Assembly (NCBI GenBank): GCA_963765675.1
Contig: CAVXXK010000004.1
Coordinates: 96,001 to 160,000, forward strand
Direction: 5' to 3'
Source of the DNA: an uncultured delta proteobacterium
Lineage (GTDB): Bacteria > Desulfobacterota > Binatia > Binatales > Binataceae
DNA: 64,000 bases
Position 1 is the stretch's first letter; the number at the start of each line of letters is the position of its first letter. A program made the position numbers and the translations under genes. Below are positions 1 to 10,537 of this stretch, in pieces. The notes beneath the pieces were generated by a model, which was not told where the DNA came from, did no database searches, and saw nothing but the letters and a program-made list of their open reading frames with translations.

Positions 1-13
1 GCTCTATAACCCT

Positions 14-850
14 TCATTCGGGCAGCTTCATCGACTCGTCGATCATCCGCTCGAAGTCCTCGGGGCTTAGCGCCGCGAGTTCTCGCGCGTCACCGCCGAC
101 GAGGTACCGCTCTTGCGGATTCTCCGCCGATGCCGCGTCGACGATCACCCGCGCGACATCGTTCGCGTCGCCAAGCGCGAGCTCTGCGCCAGTCTTTATC
201 CGATGCTCGATAATCCGCGCGTAGAGCGGATCGCGCGTCAGGCCCTTGACCCCCTGCCGCAAACGCTTGGGATAATGCATGTTCGCGCCGGCCCGCGTCT
301 TGAAATTCCCCGGCTCGATAAGCACGACGCGGATCCCGAACGGCCGCAGCTCGTAGCGAAGACCGTTGCTGATCGCCTCGAGCGCGAACTTGCTCGCCGA
401 GTAGACCGCCATGAACGGAAACGTGCGCACTCCCGAGATCGAGCTGACCATAACGATCGTCCCCGACCGCTGCGCTCTCATCGCGGGGAGCACCGCGCGC
501 GTAACCTGCACGGCACCGAAAAAATTAGTCTCGAAGACGTGCCGGATATCGTTGTCGTCGTAATCCTCGACCGGTCCAGCACTGCCGAAGCCCGCGTTGT
601 TCACGAGAATATCGATCCGGCCCTCGCGCTCGAGGATCTGCGCAATGGCATCCTTGACCGAAGCGGTGTCGGTCACATCGAGCTGGACAGTCTCGATCGT
701 GAGCTGCTCCGCCTGCGCCTCGGCGCGCAGATAGCCAGCGTTTTCGAGCGTGCGCATCGAGGCGTACACGCGATGCCCCCGGCGAGCGAACTCAAGCGCG
801 CTGAGCTTGCCGATCCCAGAACTGCATCCTGTGATCAGCGCGATTCCCAT
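14..850 (-). CDS. SDR family oxidoreductase
   Basis: TGCSSGIG, NNAG and YSASK motifs; start moved to ATG 850 behind an AGGAGG RBS. Confidence 0.9.
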   Translation of the reverse strand: MGIALITGCSSGIGKLSALEFARRGHRVYASMRTLENAGYLRAEAQAEQLTIETVQLDVTDTASVKDAIAQILEREGRIDILVNNAGFGSAGPVEDYDDNDIRHVFETNFFGAVQVTRAVLPAMRAQRSGTIVMVSSISGVRTFPFMAVYSASKFALEAISNGLRYELRPFGIRVVLIEPGNFKTRAGANMHYPKRLRQGVKGLTRDPLYARIIEHRIKTGAELALGDANDVARVIVDAASAENPQERYLVGGDARELAALSPEDFERMIDESMKLPE

Positions 851-932
851 AGGTCCTCCTGTCTCGAACGCTTTATCGTGACCATGCCCGAATGCACGCC
901 ACGCGCGCGGGAATGACACATCAGAAACACCG

Positions 933-1760
933 TCACTTCTGCGCGGGATAGGCGTAATGCCCATCGGACGCCGCCCCTCCAAAGACACCGGCGTCGCCGG
1001 TCAAATCGACGACGTCGATCACGCTAGCCTCGACCGGGACGCCTTCGAAAGAATCGGGAATGCGGCTCTTTACGTAGGCGAGCTCTTTGACTCCCTTGTC
1101 CGTCCCGTCATCGACGGTCACATCCAGCGCCGAGGTTTGTCCCTCCATATCTATTCCGACTCCTTCGATCACCGCGGTATCGCCCGACGGGAACCAATTC
1201 GGCTCGGCGGCCAGGAAATCGATTCGCGCAGCCATCGCTCGCACTACGTCAAGGTCTGGTCGCGAATCGCTATCCTTGATCGGAGGGCATCCGGCCGGCA
1301 GCGGCGGATTCGGCGCCCTGTTTAACCCGCGAACGCGCAGCATGTAAGGCAGGAATCTGTCGTACGGTTTGCTCTCGGTAACTTCGGTCGGCACGTTCTC
1401 GATTGTCTTCGGCACGCTGCTTCGGACGAACCCGACGTCGCCGGAGTTATCCGCCACCAAATCGAGCGTGGCAACCGGTTTGGACAAATCGATATCGACC
1501 GCGAGCACCCGGTCTTTGACGTGATAAGCGTCGAGCGAGCTTGCCAGATCTGGTTGTGCGCTGAGTGCGGCGACGGCGTCCGGACCCGGCTTGTCCTTAG
1601 CGCCCGACCACGCGGCAGGACATCGTGGTTGAGATGGCGACGCGGCCGCGACGGGCGCCGCGTCCTGCGCCGTCGCGAGGCCCGCAAAGCGCACGATTAT
1701 CGCCGCAATCGTCAGTGATCCAATAAGACGAAGCAGAGCGACGATATTCTGTCGGCTCAT
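933..1760 (-). CDS. Secreted hypothetical protein with two similar domains
   Basis: Signal-like N-terminus; two segments ending VRSSVPKTIENVPTEV and VKSRIPDSFEGVPVEA. Confidence 0.6.
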   Translation of the reverse strand: MSRQNIVALLRLIGSLTIAAIIVRFAGLATAQDAAPVAAASPSQPRCPAAWSGAKDKPGPDAVAALSAQPDLASSLDAYHVKDRVLAVDIDLSKPVATLDLVADNSGDVGFVRSSVPKTIENVPTEVTESKPYDRFLPYMLRVRGLNRAPNPPLPAGCPPIKDSDSRPDLDVVRAMAARIDFLAAEPNWFPSGDTAVIEGVGIDMEGQTSALDVTVDDGTDKGVKELAYVKSRIPDSFEGVPVEASVIDVVDLTGDAGVFGGAASDGHYAYPAQK

Positions 1761-1934
1761 ATGACGTCCCCTTTGACTGATTGTCATCGCTGTCCCCGCC
1801 CAATATCAAGCGTCGCTTCTCGGATGATTTGTCCGAGGCGAAACGAACCCACCGAAAGGCTAGGCTGACAGCGCCTGCCGTGATGCCCGCTACCATTGCA
1901 CGAGCGCATCGCTGCGCATATGCGTTAATTCATC

Positions 1935-2813
1935 TTGGATTCACAACTCAAAGCCGGCGACGCTGTGATCTTTATCGACCGCAAAGGGCGCCGCTACCTG
2001 AAGACGCTGCACGCAGGCAAGAAAATTCTGATTCGCGGAGAGCTTGCCGCGGACACGATTTTCGGCATCGACGAAGGCTCGCGAGTGAAATTCTCAACCG
2101 GCGAGACCTTTGTCGTCCTGCGCCCGACCTACGCCGATCTGATTCCCCTGCTGCCGCGCGCCGCGCAGGTCATCTATCCGAAAGACACCGGGCCGCTGCT
2201 CATCTGGGGCGACGTATTTCCCGGCGCGACTGTCGTCGAAGGCGGCACCGGCGCCGGCGCATTGACTATCGCGCTCCTGCGCGCGGTCGGGCCTGCGGGC
2301 CGGGTCATCTCGTATGAAATTCGCGAGGATTTCGCGGCCATCGCGCGGCGCAACGTCGCCGCCTACTTCGGCGATGCTCCCAACTGGACGCTCAAGCTGC
2401 GCGATCTGTACGACGGCTTCGACGAGACCGGCGTCGATCGGATGTTCCTCGATCTGCCCGAGCCGAGCCGCGCGCTGGAAGTCGCGGCGCGCGCGTTGCG
2501 CCCCGGCGGCGTGCTCGTCTGCTACGTTCCGACGGCGCTACAGATCAAAGACACCGTTGACGCGATTCAGGCGCGCGCTGACTTCGGCGAAGTCGAGACC
2601 TTCGAGACGCTGCTGCGCCATTGGCAGGTCAAAGGGATGAGCGTGCGACCGTTTTTCCGGATGGTCGCGCACTCGGCCTTCATCATTGTCGCCCGCCGCC
2701 TCGCCGATATCTCCGCCGGCGCCGAAGTAGAATCGATCACGCCGGCCGAGGCTACGGCCGACTCCGATTACGATTCTTCCGATTCGGACGGAGATCCCGA
2801 TCCCCTGGAATAA
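1935..2813 (+). CDS. trmI: tRNA (adenine-N1)-methyltransferase, GCD14/TrmI family
   Basis: LRPT, AQVIYPKD, EGGTGAGALT, LDLPEP and HSAF motifs. Confidence 0.9.
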   Translation: MDSQLKAGDAVIFIDRKGRRYLKTLHAGKKILIRGELAADTIFGIDEGSRVKFSTGETFVVLRPTYADLIPLLPRAAQVIYPKDTGPLLIWGDVFPGATVVEGGTGAGALTIALLRAVGPAGRVISYEIREDFAAIARRNVAAYFGDAPNWTLKLRDLYDGFDETGVDRMFLDLPEPSRALEVAARALRPGGVLVCYVPTALQIKDTVDAIQARADFGEVETFETLLRHWQVKGMSVRPFFRMVAHSAFIIVARRLADISAGAEVESITPAEATADSDYDSSDSDGDPDPLE

Positions 2814-2838
2814 AATCGATTAGCCAGTTGGCTCAGGT

Positions 2839-3882
2839 ATGAATGATCCGCCCAAAATCAAATCTCCGGCGAACCGACTGACGCGGCGAGAATTCGTCGG
2901 CATGAGCGGCGCCGCGATCATCATCGCGGGTATCGGCGGAATGGATAGACTCGTTCGCGCAAACGCTGCTGCGGCGGCGAAATTCGGTGGTCCAACTCCA
3001 AATTCGAAATTCTACATCACTACATACTCCAGCACGCCGCCGGTCGATCCTGCCGCATGGCGGCTCAGTATCAAGGGGTTAGTAGCAAATCCCTTCGAGC
3101 TTTCGTACGCGCAGATCAAATCGCTGCCTCAGATCGACGAAACTCTCACGCTCGAATGTATCGGCAACCCTCCCGACGGCAGCCTGATCAGCAACGCCCG
3201 ATGGCGCGGCGTGCGGCTGCGCCCGCTCCTGGAGCGCGCGCGCGTCAATCGGCGCGCGGTCTGGGTTGTGATGCGCGCGGCCGACGGCTACTACACCGGT
3301 CTTCCGGTTGACGAACTGCTGCGCGACGAGAACTTCCTGCCCTGGATGATGAACGGCGTGCCGCTGCCACCCGATCATGGGTTTCCGGTGCGAATCTTCA
3401 TTCCGGGGAAGTATGGGATGAAGCAGCCGAAATGGATTACCGAGCTCGAGTTCGTCGATCATCCTGAGACTGGCTATTGGGAAGCGCGCCGATGGAGCAA
3501 TACCGCGTGGCGCAAGGTCAATTCGGGATTTTTCTCGCCACACGTCGAAGGAGGGATGCTTTCCCTGTTCGATCGCAGTGCGAAAGTGTCCGGCCCGGCC
3601 GATATCTACGGATGGGCGCTCGCGGGACCGTCAGGAATCAAGCGTGTGCAAGCTTCGATTGACAATGGCGTCTCGTGGCGCGACGCCGTGTTGGTAAGTA
3701 ATCACTCGCCGTATGTATGGACCGTCTGGAAATACCACTTGGCGCCCGCTCCGGGCAAATACATAGTGAGTATCCGTGCGATAGACGGTAACGGAGTCGC
3801 ACAACCGCCGACCGATCCTCAGACCGGTAGCGGAATGTCCGGCCAAGCCCGCATGTCCATAGAAGTGACCGCTCCAGGATAG
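2839..3882 (+). CDS. Tat-exported molybdopterin-dependent oxidoreductase (sulfite oxidase family)
   Basis: TRREFV twin-arginine signal; TLECIGN, HGFPVR and GMKQPKWI motifs. Confidence 0.85.
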   Translation: MNDPPKIKSPANRLTRREFVGMSGAAIIIAGIGGMDRLVRANAAAAAKFGGPTPNSKFYITTYSSTPPVDPAAWRLSIKGLVANPFELSYAQIKSLPQIDETLTLECIGNPPDGSLISNARWRGVRLRPLLERARVNRRAVWVVMRAADGYYTGLPVDELLRDENFLPWMMNGVPLPPDHGFPVRIFIPGKYGMKQPKWITELEFVDHPETGYWEARRWSNTAWRKVNSGFFSPHVEGGMLSLFDRSAKVSGPADIYGWALAGPSGIKRVQASIDNGVSWRDAVLVSNHSPYVWTVWKYHLAPAPGKYIVSIRAIDGNGVAQPPTDPQTGSGMSGQARMSIEVTAPG

Positions 3883-3927
3883 CTTTGTCCTGACCAGGAC
3901 CGGCGGGACGCCGGCCCTGTTCAATTA

Positions 3928-6366
3928 TCAATGAAACAGTCTATGAAAGAATCCTCTGATTCCGCCGGGCGATGGACTCGCGCTTGGGATCGGCTGGATC
4001 GCTCCAGGAGCGTCGGGGCGGCTGGGAGGATTTGGTGTGCCGCCGAGCGCCGCGGGTAACGAGGCGAGGACTCCTGCGCCGCCACATGCCGTGGTGGTCG
4101 GAGCGGTGCCGATCAGAAACGGCAGCGCGATCGCGCGCGGACACGCAGGGGTCGCAAGGCCGCCGCTTTGCGGATCGATCGTGGCCATCACGATTCCCGA
4201 GGGCTCGGCGAAATCCGGTGAATCGTCCGGCACCGCGTGAGTCATGAAATTCACCCATGCCGGCAGAGCGGCGCTGGCGCCCGGCATCCCGAGACTCTGC
4301 GGCTCGTCGAAGCCGACCCAGACGCCGCACACGAGGTCGGGCGTGTACCCGATGAAATATCCGTCATGATAATCCTGGGTGGTGCCGGTCTTGCCCGCCG
4401 CGGGAAATTTCAGTCCCATCCTCCGCGCTGACGCGCCGGTGCCGTAACGCAACACCTGTTCGAGCGCGCCGGTAATCAGATACGCGACCGAAGGATTGAT
4501 GACGCGATTCTCGTCGTCCTCATGATGAAAGATCACGTGCCCCGCCGCATCGACGACCGCCTGAACCGCGTACGGCGGATCCTGCGCGCCCGAATTCGCA
4601 AACACCTGGTATGCGCCGACCAGTTCGAGCAGCGTGGTTTCGTCCGCGCCGATCGAGATCGGCAGCACCGCCGGCAGCTCTTCGTGGATTCCCAGCTCGT
4701 GCGCGGTCTGCACGATGCGCGCGGGACCGAGCTGGTTGCCGACCCACGCCGTCGGCACGTTGAGCGACTCGAACAGCGCCTGCGCGACCGTGACCTGCCC
4801 CTGGTAGGTGCGCTCGTAGTTGACGGGCGTCCAGCTTCCGAAGGTCATGGGGCGATCGGGCAGGACGGTCGCCAGCGTCATCGCGGGAGAGAACGGCGCA
4901 CGCGAGGGATCGAGCGCGGCCAGATAGACAATCGGCTTGAACGCCGAGCCGGGCTGGCGCTGGGCCATCGCGGCGCGGTTGAACTGGCTCGACGAATAAT
5001 CGCGTCCGCCGACCATCGCGCGAATCGCGCCATCCGACGCGTCGAGCACGACCATCGAGCTTTCGAGCTGTTTGGTCTTGTCGGCGCGCCGCAGCCGGCT
5101 GTGCGATTTCTCGAGCTGCGCCAGGTTTTGCTCGATCGCCTCCTGCGCATACGCTTGCATCTCGGGGTCTAGCGTCGTGTAAACCTTGAGCCCTTGGAGA
5201 TGCCCGTTAAGCCCCGGAATCTTGTCGACGAAACTTGTTACATAGTCGGTAAAGTATGGCGCGCGGCGCAGTCCGGGCGGCTTGGTCACGTCGATCGGCT
5301 CCGCGAGCGCGCGCTGGTACGCGGCCGCGTCGATCACGCCCGCATTTTTCATCACGCCGAGGACGATATTGCGTCGCGCGAGGCAGTTCTCCGGATGCCG
5401 CCGCGGATCGTAGAGACTCGGCGCCTGAATCATTCCGATCAGGGTCGCGGCCTCGGCCGGCGTGACCTCGCGCAGGTCGCGATTGAACAAATATCGCGCG
5501 GCCTGCGACAGGCCCTCGATCGGCGTGCCGTCGTACGAGCCCATCGGAACGTCATTGATATAGCGTTCGAGGATTTCGCGCTTGCCCAGCCGCATCTCGA
5601 GCACGATCGCGACCGCGAGCTCGCGGAACTTGCGGCTGAAGCTGCGCTCATGCCGATCCATAAAAGTGCGCGCGAGCTGCTGCGTCAGCGTGCTTGCGCC
5701 CTGCGCCAAATGATGCGACCTGAGATCGACCAACGCGGCTTCGATCACGCGAATCGGATCGATCCCCGGATGGTAGTAGAACCATCGGTCCTCGGTCGCG
5801 ATCAGGCCGTTCACCAGGTACGGCGGCAACGCGCCCAGCGCGACCTCGACGCGCTCGGCCGGAGCGCCCGGCAACAGCCGCCCGATCACCTCGGGCTCGA
5901 GCGCGACCGAGCGCTGGGACACGCCGAACGAATCGATCACGTTCGAGACGCGAATACCGCTGAGCGCGACGCGCACGATCGCGCCGGGATAGTCAGTTCC
6001 CGCGACAGTGAACGAGCGCGTGTAGATCGTGATCAGGCCCGGCGCGCGCGAGTACTCGCCGGGTGACGCAGGAGACGCGGTCTGCGTGTAGCTCAGATGA
6101 CTCAGGCGATCGATAAGGCCGGTGCGGACGATATCGTCGCCGGGACGAATCATCGCGGGTGCGGAATAGATTGCGCTGCTGAGCGCCTCGCGGCGCTGTT
6201 CGATCATCGCGGAGATTTCGCCGTAGAGTTGCGCGAGGTAGAACCCGGTGGCGAAGGTGATGAGCAGGAACGCCGCGCCGGCGATGGTCCGCACGCGCCA
6301 TCCGGCGATCCGCCATTCGCGCTTCTTGCGGCTCTTCCCGCCCCGCCTGTCATCAACCTTGGCCAC
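3928..6366 (-). CDS. mrcB: Class A penicillin-binding protein (PBP1B-like)
   Basis: TEDRWFYYHPGID, GASTLTQQL, GSAFK, SLN and KTGT motifs; N-terminal TM segment; start approximate. Confidence 0.85.
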   Translation of the reverse strand: MAKVDDRRGGKSRKKREWRIAGWRVRTIAGAAFLLITFATGFYLAQLYGEISAMIEQRREALSSAIYSAPAMIRPGDDIVRTGLIDRLSHLSYTQTASPASPGEYSRAPGLITIYTRSFTVAGTDYPGAIVRVALSGIRVSNVIDSFGVSQRSVALEPEVIGRLLPGAPAERVEVALGALPPYLVNGLIATEDRWFYYHPGIDPIRVIEAALVDLRSHHLAQGASTLTQQLARTFMDRHERSFSRKFRELAVAIVLEMRLGKREILERYINDVPMGSYDGTPIEGLSQAARYLFNRDLREVTPAEAATLIGMIQAPSLYDPRRHPENCLARRNIVLGVMKNAGVIDAAAYQRALAEPIDVTKPPGLRRAPYFTDYVTSFVDKIPGLNGHLQGLKVYTTLDPEMQAYAQEAIEQNLAQLEKSHSRLRRADKTKQLESSMVVLDASDGAIRAMVGGRDYSSSQFNRAAMAQRQPGSAFKPIVYLAALDPSRAPFSPAMTLATVLPDRPMTFGSWTPVNYERTYQGQVTVAQALFESLNVPTAWVGNQLGPARIVQTAHELGIHEELPAVLPISIGADETTLLELVGAYQVFANSGAQDPPYAVQAVVDAAGHVIFHHEDDENRVINPSVAYLITGALEQVLRYGTGASARRMGLKFPAAGKTGTTQDYHDGYFIGYTPDLVCGVWVGFDEPQSLGMPGASAALPAWVNFMTHAVPDDSPDFAEPSGIVMATIDPQSGGLATPACPRAIALPFLIGTAPTTTACGGAGVLASLPAALGGTPNPPSRPDAPGAIQPIPSASPSPGGIRGFFHRLFH

Positions 6367-6402
6367 AACCACCTCGCGTTTCCCACCCGACGCTAGCGAA
6401 TA

Positions 6403-6478
6403 CCCTCTCCCTCCGGGAGAGGGCAACACGGCGCGGCGATTGCTTTATTCAGCAATCGCCGTGACGCGTGGGTGAGGG
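6403..6478 (+). repeat. Palindromic REP-like repeat, family A (long form)
   Basis: CCCTCTCCC-TCC-GGGAGAGGG hairpin, inner hairpin, then GGGTGAGGG; several copies in window. Confidence 0.85.
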
Positions 6479-6525
6479 TGCTGCTCCGCTCTCTGCTCTG
6501 GCGCTCGCGCAACGAGAACAGGGCA

Positions 6526-7509
6526 TCAAAATGAGTACCTATTCCCCACCGCCGATTGACTGACTACTCCTTCGCCAAACTCATTCGCGAGCGCCCGCAG
6601 CGCGCGCCATCCGCTGCAATGCGCCGGGATTATTTGCGCGCACCCGAACTGCCGCAGACCCGCGACCGTATCGGGAATCAGTTTCTCCATCGCTGCGCCG
6701 CCAAGATGCAGGCCGCCGAACGCCGCGTAGATAGGAACGGCGGGAAACTGCTTTCGTACGTCGAGTAGCACGTTGACGATTCCCGCGTGCGAGCAAGCGC
6801 TGAAAACGACCATTCCCTTCCCGCCCACATGAACAGCAAGATAACGCTCATCCATTATCAGCGGATCGGCACGCCACGGTTCATTGATGCTATCGCGGCA
6901 CAGATGATCGGCGCGCCCCTTTTCGAAGCTCGTGATGCGCGGAATCTCACCGCTCAGGTAGAAGAATTCGTCCAGCAACAGTCGCGGAGCGCTATTGTTG
7001 ACGACTTCGACGCCATGCGCCGAGAGCTGCTGTAGCGAGGGGACCTTTTGAAAGGGCGCGACCTCGCCGGTGCTCAGCCGCGCGCCACGCTCCACGAACA
7101 TCCCTGGATTCACGTGGCAGGCGACGCTGCGCGTCCTGCGGCCATTTACAATCTCGTCGATCGCCGGCAGCACGCCTCCCATGTGATCCCAATGGCCATG
7201 CGAAATCGCGACGGCTTCGACCTGGCGGAGCGACACGCCGAGGTTTCGCGCGTTGGCGAGCAGCACCGCGCCGTCCGGACCCGCATCGAAGAGCAGCTTG
7301 TGGCGTTTGCCGCCGACTTCCGCAGTCAGCAGCAGCCCGAGACCAAGCTGAGCGCAGCAGAGCGTCGAGCCCGAAAGCTCGGAAGCCCCAGCAGCTACGA
7401 CATTATTGAACTCGGGCGAGCAGTAATGAGGCTTGGTCGAATAGCTATCGGTAAGATTGTCCGCGAGAACATCGACGACGAGCTTTTCAACGGTTTGAAT
7501 GTTGTTCAT
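6526..7509 (-). CDS. MBL-fold metallo-hydrolase
   Basis: LFDAG, SHGHWDHMGG, ACSHAG, GGLHL and PAHCSG motifs; C-terminal part of the 793-aa track ORF. Confidence 0.85.
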   Translation of the reverse strand: MNNIQTVEKLVVDVLADNLTDSYSTKPHYCSPEFNNVVAAGASELSGSTLCCAQLGLGLLLTAEVGGKRHKLLFDAGPDGAVLLANARNLGVSLRQVEAVAISHGHWDHMGGVLPAIDEIVNGRRTRSVACHVNPGMFVERGARLSTGEVAPFQKVPSLQQLSAHGVEVVNNSAPRLLLDEFFYLSGEIPRITSFEKGRADHLCRDSINEPWRADPLIMDERYLAVHVGGKGMVVFSACSHAGIVNVLLDVRKQFPAVPIYAAFGGLHLGGAAMEKLIPDTVAGLRQFGCAQIIPAHCSGWRALRALANEFGEGVVSQSAVGNRYSF

Positions 7510-7559
7510 CGGAAGCAGCATCGCGATCATACCGGAATCGCGCGCCAGTTCCGAAGCAC

Positions 7560-8046
7560 CTACTGTTTGTAGCCGAATCGGCGGAGCATCGCGTGGCGAT
7601 CCTTTCTGATCCGCCTCGCTCTCGACGCCTTTGGGCGGCTCGCCGTCGATCACTCCTACGACGCCGCGCGCGCCCGCTTCTTCGGCAATGATGATCCGCA
7701 CCGGGTTGGCGCTCGCGCAGAAGATCGTGCAGACCTCGGCGACCGATTTGATCGGATTCAGCACGTTCACCGGAAACGCGTTGCCGAGCATCACGACGAA
7801 GACGTGTCCCGCGCCGATCGCGCGCGCCGCCTCGGTCGCCGCGCGCTCGAGGGCCTCGTCAGTGCCGGTGTGCCGCACGAGGCGGGGACCAGAAGCCTCG
7901 TTGAACGCGACACCAAAGCGAATTTGCGGGACCGCCTGCACCAGCGCCTCGAACAGATCCTCGACCGTCTTGATAAAATGCGACTGCCCGACAATCACGT
8001 TGACGTCCTCGGAAGGCTTGGCGATCGGTATCGACTTCAGTTCCAT
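7560..8046 (-). CDS. Adenosine-specific kinase (DUF355), +1 frameshift near 7604
   Basis: GQSHFIKTVED, AFNEASG and IFCASANP motifs; removing one A restores the C-terminus KDRHAMLRRFGYKQ-stop. Confidence 0.8.
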
Positions 8047-8130
8047 GACAGCGCCCTCTCGCAAACGCGGTAGAGATTTGGAGATGATACGAAAGCGGAC
8101 GGCGCGCGCAAAGGCGCTCCCGCACTCGCA

Positions 8131-8688
8131 ATGCCGACCGCGAAAAAGCCGCCGTCCACCGAACGCAAGCTGCCCGCATTTTTCTACCGGATGCCGCCGC
8201 TGGCGCAGCGCGCCTACCTGCGCAGCGATGAGATCGGCAAGTTCGATTTCGAGCCGACCGCCTCCGCGCTCGACGCCGTCGCCGCCCTGGGGCGCGCGCT
8301 CGAATCGGGCGGATCGGTCGCCATTGCGGAAGCCACTCGCGCCGTCGCGATCGAGGTCTGCCGGATGGCCGCCGTGATGCCGCTCGCGGTCGAGGTGCGC
8401 AGCGTCCGTCCGCGAAATCAGCGCGGCGAATTGCACGGCCTGTTCTATCCCTTCGACGCGCGTTCGCGCACGCCCGCGCATATCGTCCTGTGGATGCGCA
8501 CCGCGCAGCGCCACGACGTCGTCCGGCCGCGCACCTTCGTGCGCACCCTGATGCATGAGCTGGTGCACTATCTCGATTACGCGCTGCTGCGCCTGGGCGA
8601 TTCGTATCACACGATGGGCTTCTTCCGGCGCGAGTCGTTCCTGGTGCGGATGCTGCTGCCGCCGGACCCCGGCGATCCGCCATCTTGA
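8131..8688 (+). CDS. Putative zinc metalloprotein (HExxH, SprT-like)
   Basis: TLMHELVH..D..H motif. Confidence 0.65.
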   Translation: MPTAKKPPSTERKLPAFFYRMPPLAQRAYLRSDEIGKFDFEPTASALDAVAALGRALESGGSVAIAEATRAVAIEVCRMAAVMPLAVEVRSVRPRNQRGELHGLFYPFDARSRTPAHIVLWMRTAQRHDVVRPRTFVRTLMHELVHYLDYALLRLGDSYHTMGFFRRESFLVRMLLPPDPGDPPS

Positions 8689-8767
8689 TGACCCGGCCCG
8701 CGATCCGCTACCTAATGACCACGCCGCAAGTAACAGGACGACTTGATAGAACGGCACGCGGGGGACA

Positions 8768-9238
8768 ATGGCATCAGCGATGGGATTCTTCTCGAAGTTC
8801 AGATCATCCGGATCAGCGGAAAAACGCGTGGCTGACGAATTGGCCGGCCTCGCAGGGCGCAAAGAGGAGCTGATCGCGCGGCTTGGAAGGCACGCCGCAC
8901 GATGCACCTATCCGTCGATGGCGGCGGACCTGAAAACACTGGCGGAAAAGGAAGCGGCGCATTTCAAAATCCTGCGCAACATCCTTTCCGATCGCGAGAT
9001 GTGGCCGCGCCCGCCCGAGGATCAGCAGCGCGAGGGCTCGAACGACTGGGAGCGGCTGGGCGGCGACCTGGCGATGCTCTCGGCGATCGCGGCGGGGCTA
9101 CGGCTGTGCGCGATGCATTGGGAGGCGATCGATCAGGAGATCGCCGACACGCTCGGCACGATGGCGACCGAGGACGTCGATCACGAAAGCGATCTGCGCC
9201 AGCTCGCCCTGAAGTGCGACCCGCAAGCGTTCGACTAG
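8768..9238 (+). CDS. Hypothetical protein, possibly ferritin-like four-helix bundle
   Basis: Helical pattern with EAAH and EDVDH motifs; RBS-like GGGGA upstream. Confidence 0.55.
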   Translation: MASAMGFFSKFRSSGSAEKRVADELAGLAGRKEELIARLGRHAARCTYPSMAADLKTLAEKEAAHFKILRNILSDREMWPRPPEDQQREGSNDWERLGGDLAMLSAIAAGLRLCAMHWEAIDQEIADTLGTMATEDVDHESDLRQLALKCDPQAFD

Positions 9239-9304
9239 AGCGAACGCCCGCAGGATCTTCGCGCGGTCAGCCGCAGGCCATTCCATCTGGCTGCTAGCGC
9301 GACT

Positions 9305-9480
9305 GGCGAGATTCCTCGCGGCATCTGCCGCGAGACTTGACCTGCACAAGACGATACCCGTCGCCTGCTCGCGCTCGGAATGACACAAATCTTTCGCACA
9401 GTGTCATTCCGAGCGCGCGAGCCGGGCATCACGCGGTCGTAGGATGAAGTGGCATTGCGCGAATCGCGAGGAATCTCGCC
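9305..9480. repeat. Nested palindromic element, family B
   Basis: Perfect outer IR GGCGAGATTCCTCGCG/CGCGAGGAATCTCGCC and inner IR CGCGCTCGGAATGACAC/GTGTCATTCCGAGCGCG. Confidence 0.85.
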
Positions 9481-9534
9481 CTGTGCATCGGCATACGTTG
9501 CCGATTAATACGAGCAAACCGCGCGCCGCGACGC

Positions 9535-10311
9535 TCACTCCGCCATCCGCGGGGAGGTTCCGCCGTCGATTACCAACAGCGACCCGGTCATGTAGCTCGA
9601 CGCATCGGACGCGAGGAAGATGCACGGGAAGGCAATCTCCTCGACCGTGCCGAAACGTCCGAGGGCGCGCGATCTCGCGACCGCCTGTTTCACTTTCGGA
9701 TTCGGCCACACCCGCGGCGCGGCGCCTACCGTGTCGATCGGACCGGGCGCGATACAGTTGACCCGGATTCCCTTGTCGCCCCATTCGCTCGCGTGCGAGA
9801 TCGTCAGAGTGATCACGCCGGCCTTGGCCGCAGAATAGGGCAGCATGTGCGCGGAGCCCTCGATTCCAGCGGTCGAAGAGATATTGATGATCGAGCCGGG
9901 AGATTTCTGCGCGATAAACTGGCGCGCCGCCGCCTTCGAGCAGAAGAACGCACCGTCGAGGTTGATCCCGACCACCGCGCGCCATCCGTTGGGCTTAAGA
10001 TCGAGCGTCGAGCTCGCGATACTCGCGCCGTGATTGTTGATCAGCACGTCGAGGCGTCCGAAATGCTTGACCGCCGCCGCGACCATCGCGTCGCACTGCT
10101 CGGGTTCGCGCACGTCGCATTGCGCCATCTCGCACTTGCCGCCGGCTTTGCGAATCTCGTCGCGCACCTTCTCGAGGTTCTCGACCTTGCGGCTCGCGAT
10201 CAGCACCGGCGCGCCGCGGCTCGCGAATTCTTTGGCGATCGATTCGCCGATTCCCGTTCCGCCGCCGGTGACGATGGTGACTTTCCCTTCGACGCTGAAT
10301 GGATCTTTCAA
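9535..10311 (-). CDS. SDR family oxidoreductase
   Basis: TGGGTGIG, YSAAK and IRVNCIAPG motifs; TTG start behind AGGAGG. Confidence 0.9.
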   Translation of the reverse strand: MKDPFSVEGKVTIVTGGGTGIGESIAKEFASRGAPVLIASRKVENLEKVRDEIRKAGGKCEMAQCDVREPEQCDAMVAAAVKHFGRLDVLINNHGASIASSTLDLKPNGWRAVVGINLDGAFFCSKAAARQFIAQKSPGSIINISSTAGIEGSAHMLPYSAAKAGVITLTISHASEWGDKGIRVNCIAPGPIDTVGAAPRVWPNPKVKQAVARSRALGRFGTVEEIAFPCIFLASDASSYMTGSLLVIDGGTSPRMAE

Positions 10312-10435
10312 TTTCGTGTTCCTCCTGAAGCTGGTCGAGCCGCGCCATCCCGCGCGAGTGCCAGCATTGGCGATCCAAAATTTATCGCACGCCACAATCC
10401 AGATAGCGAGAGCGCAGTTCTCGCTTCATCCTATA

Positions 10436-10468
10436 CCCTCTCCCTCCGGGAGAGGGCGTGGGTGAGGG
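10436..10468 (+). repeat. REP-like repeat, family A (short form)
   Basis: Same outer sequence as the 6403 copy without the inner hairpin. Confidence 0.8.
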
Positions 10469-10537
10469 TGCTGCTCTGCTGTCGCGTGCACGGCAGCTTC
10501 TCGCTCGAAGCGGGCGACGGCCGGCGGGACGACGGCC

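Noticed and set aside
3896-3918. GACCGGCGGGACGCCGGCCC hairpin, with a similar one near 10517-10540
   Set aside because: Possibly a fourth REP type, but two short imperfect copies are too little to call
6526-8907. 793-aa ORF suggesting a kinase-MBL hydrolase fusion
   Set aside because: Explained by one extra base near 7604 plus an upstream extension antisense to the 8131-8688 gene; these are two separate genes
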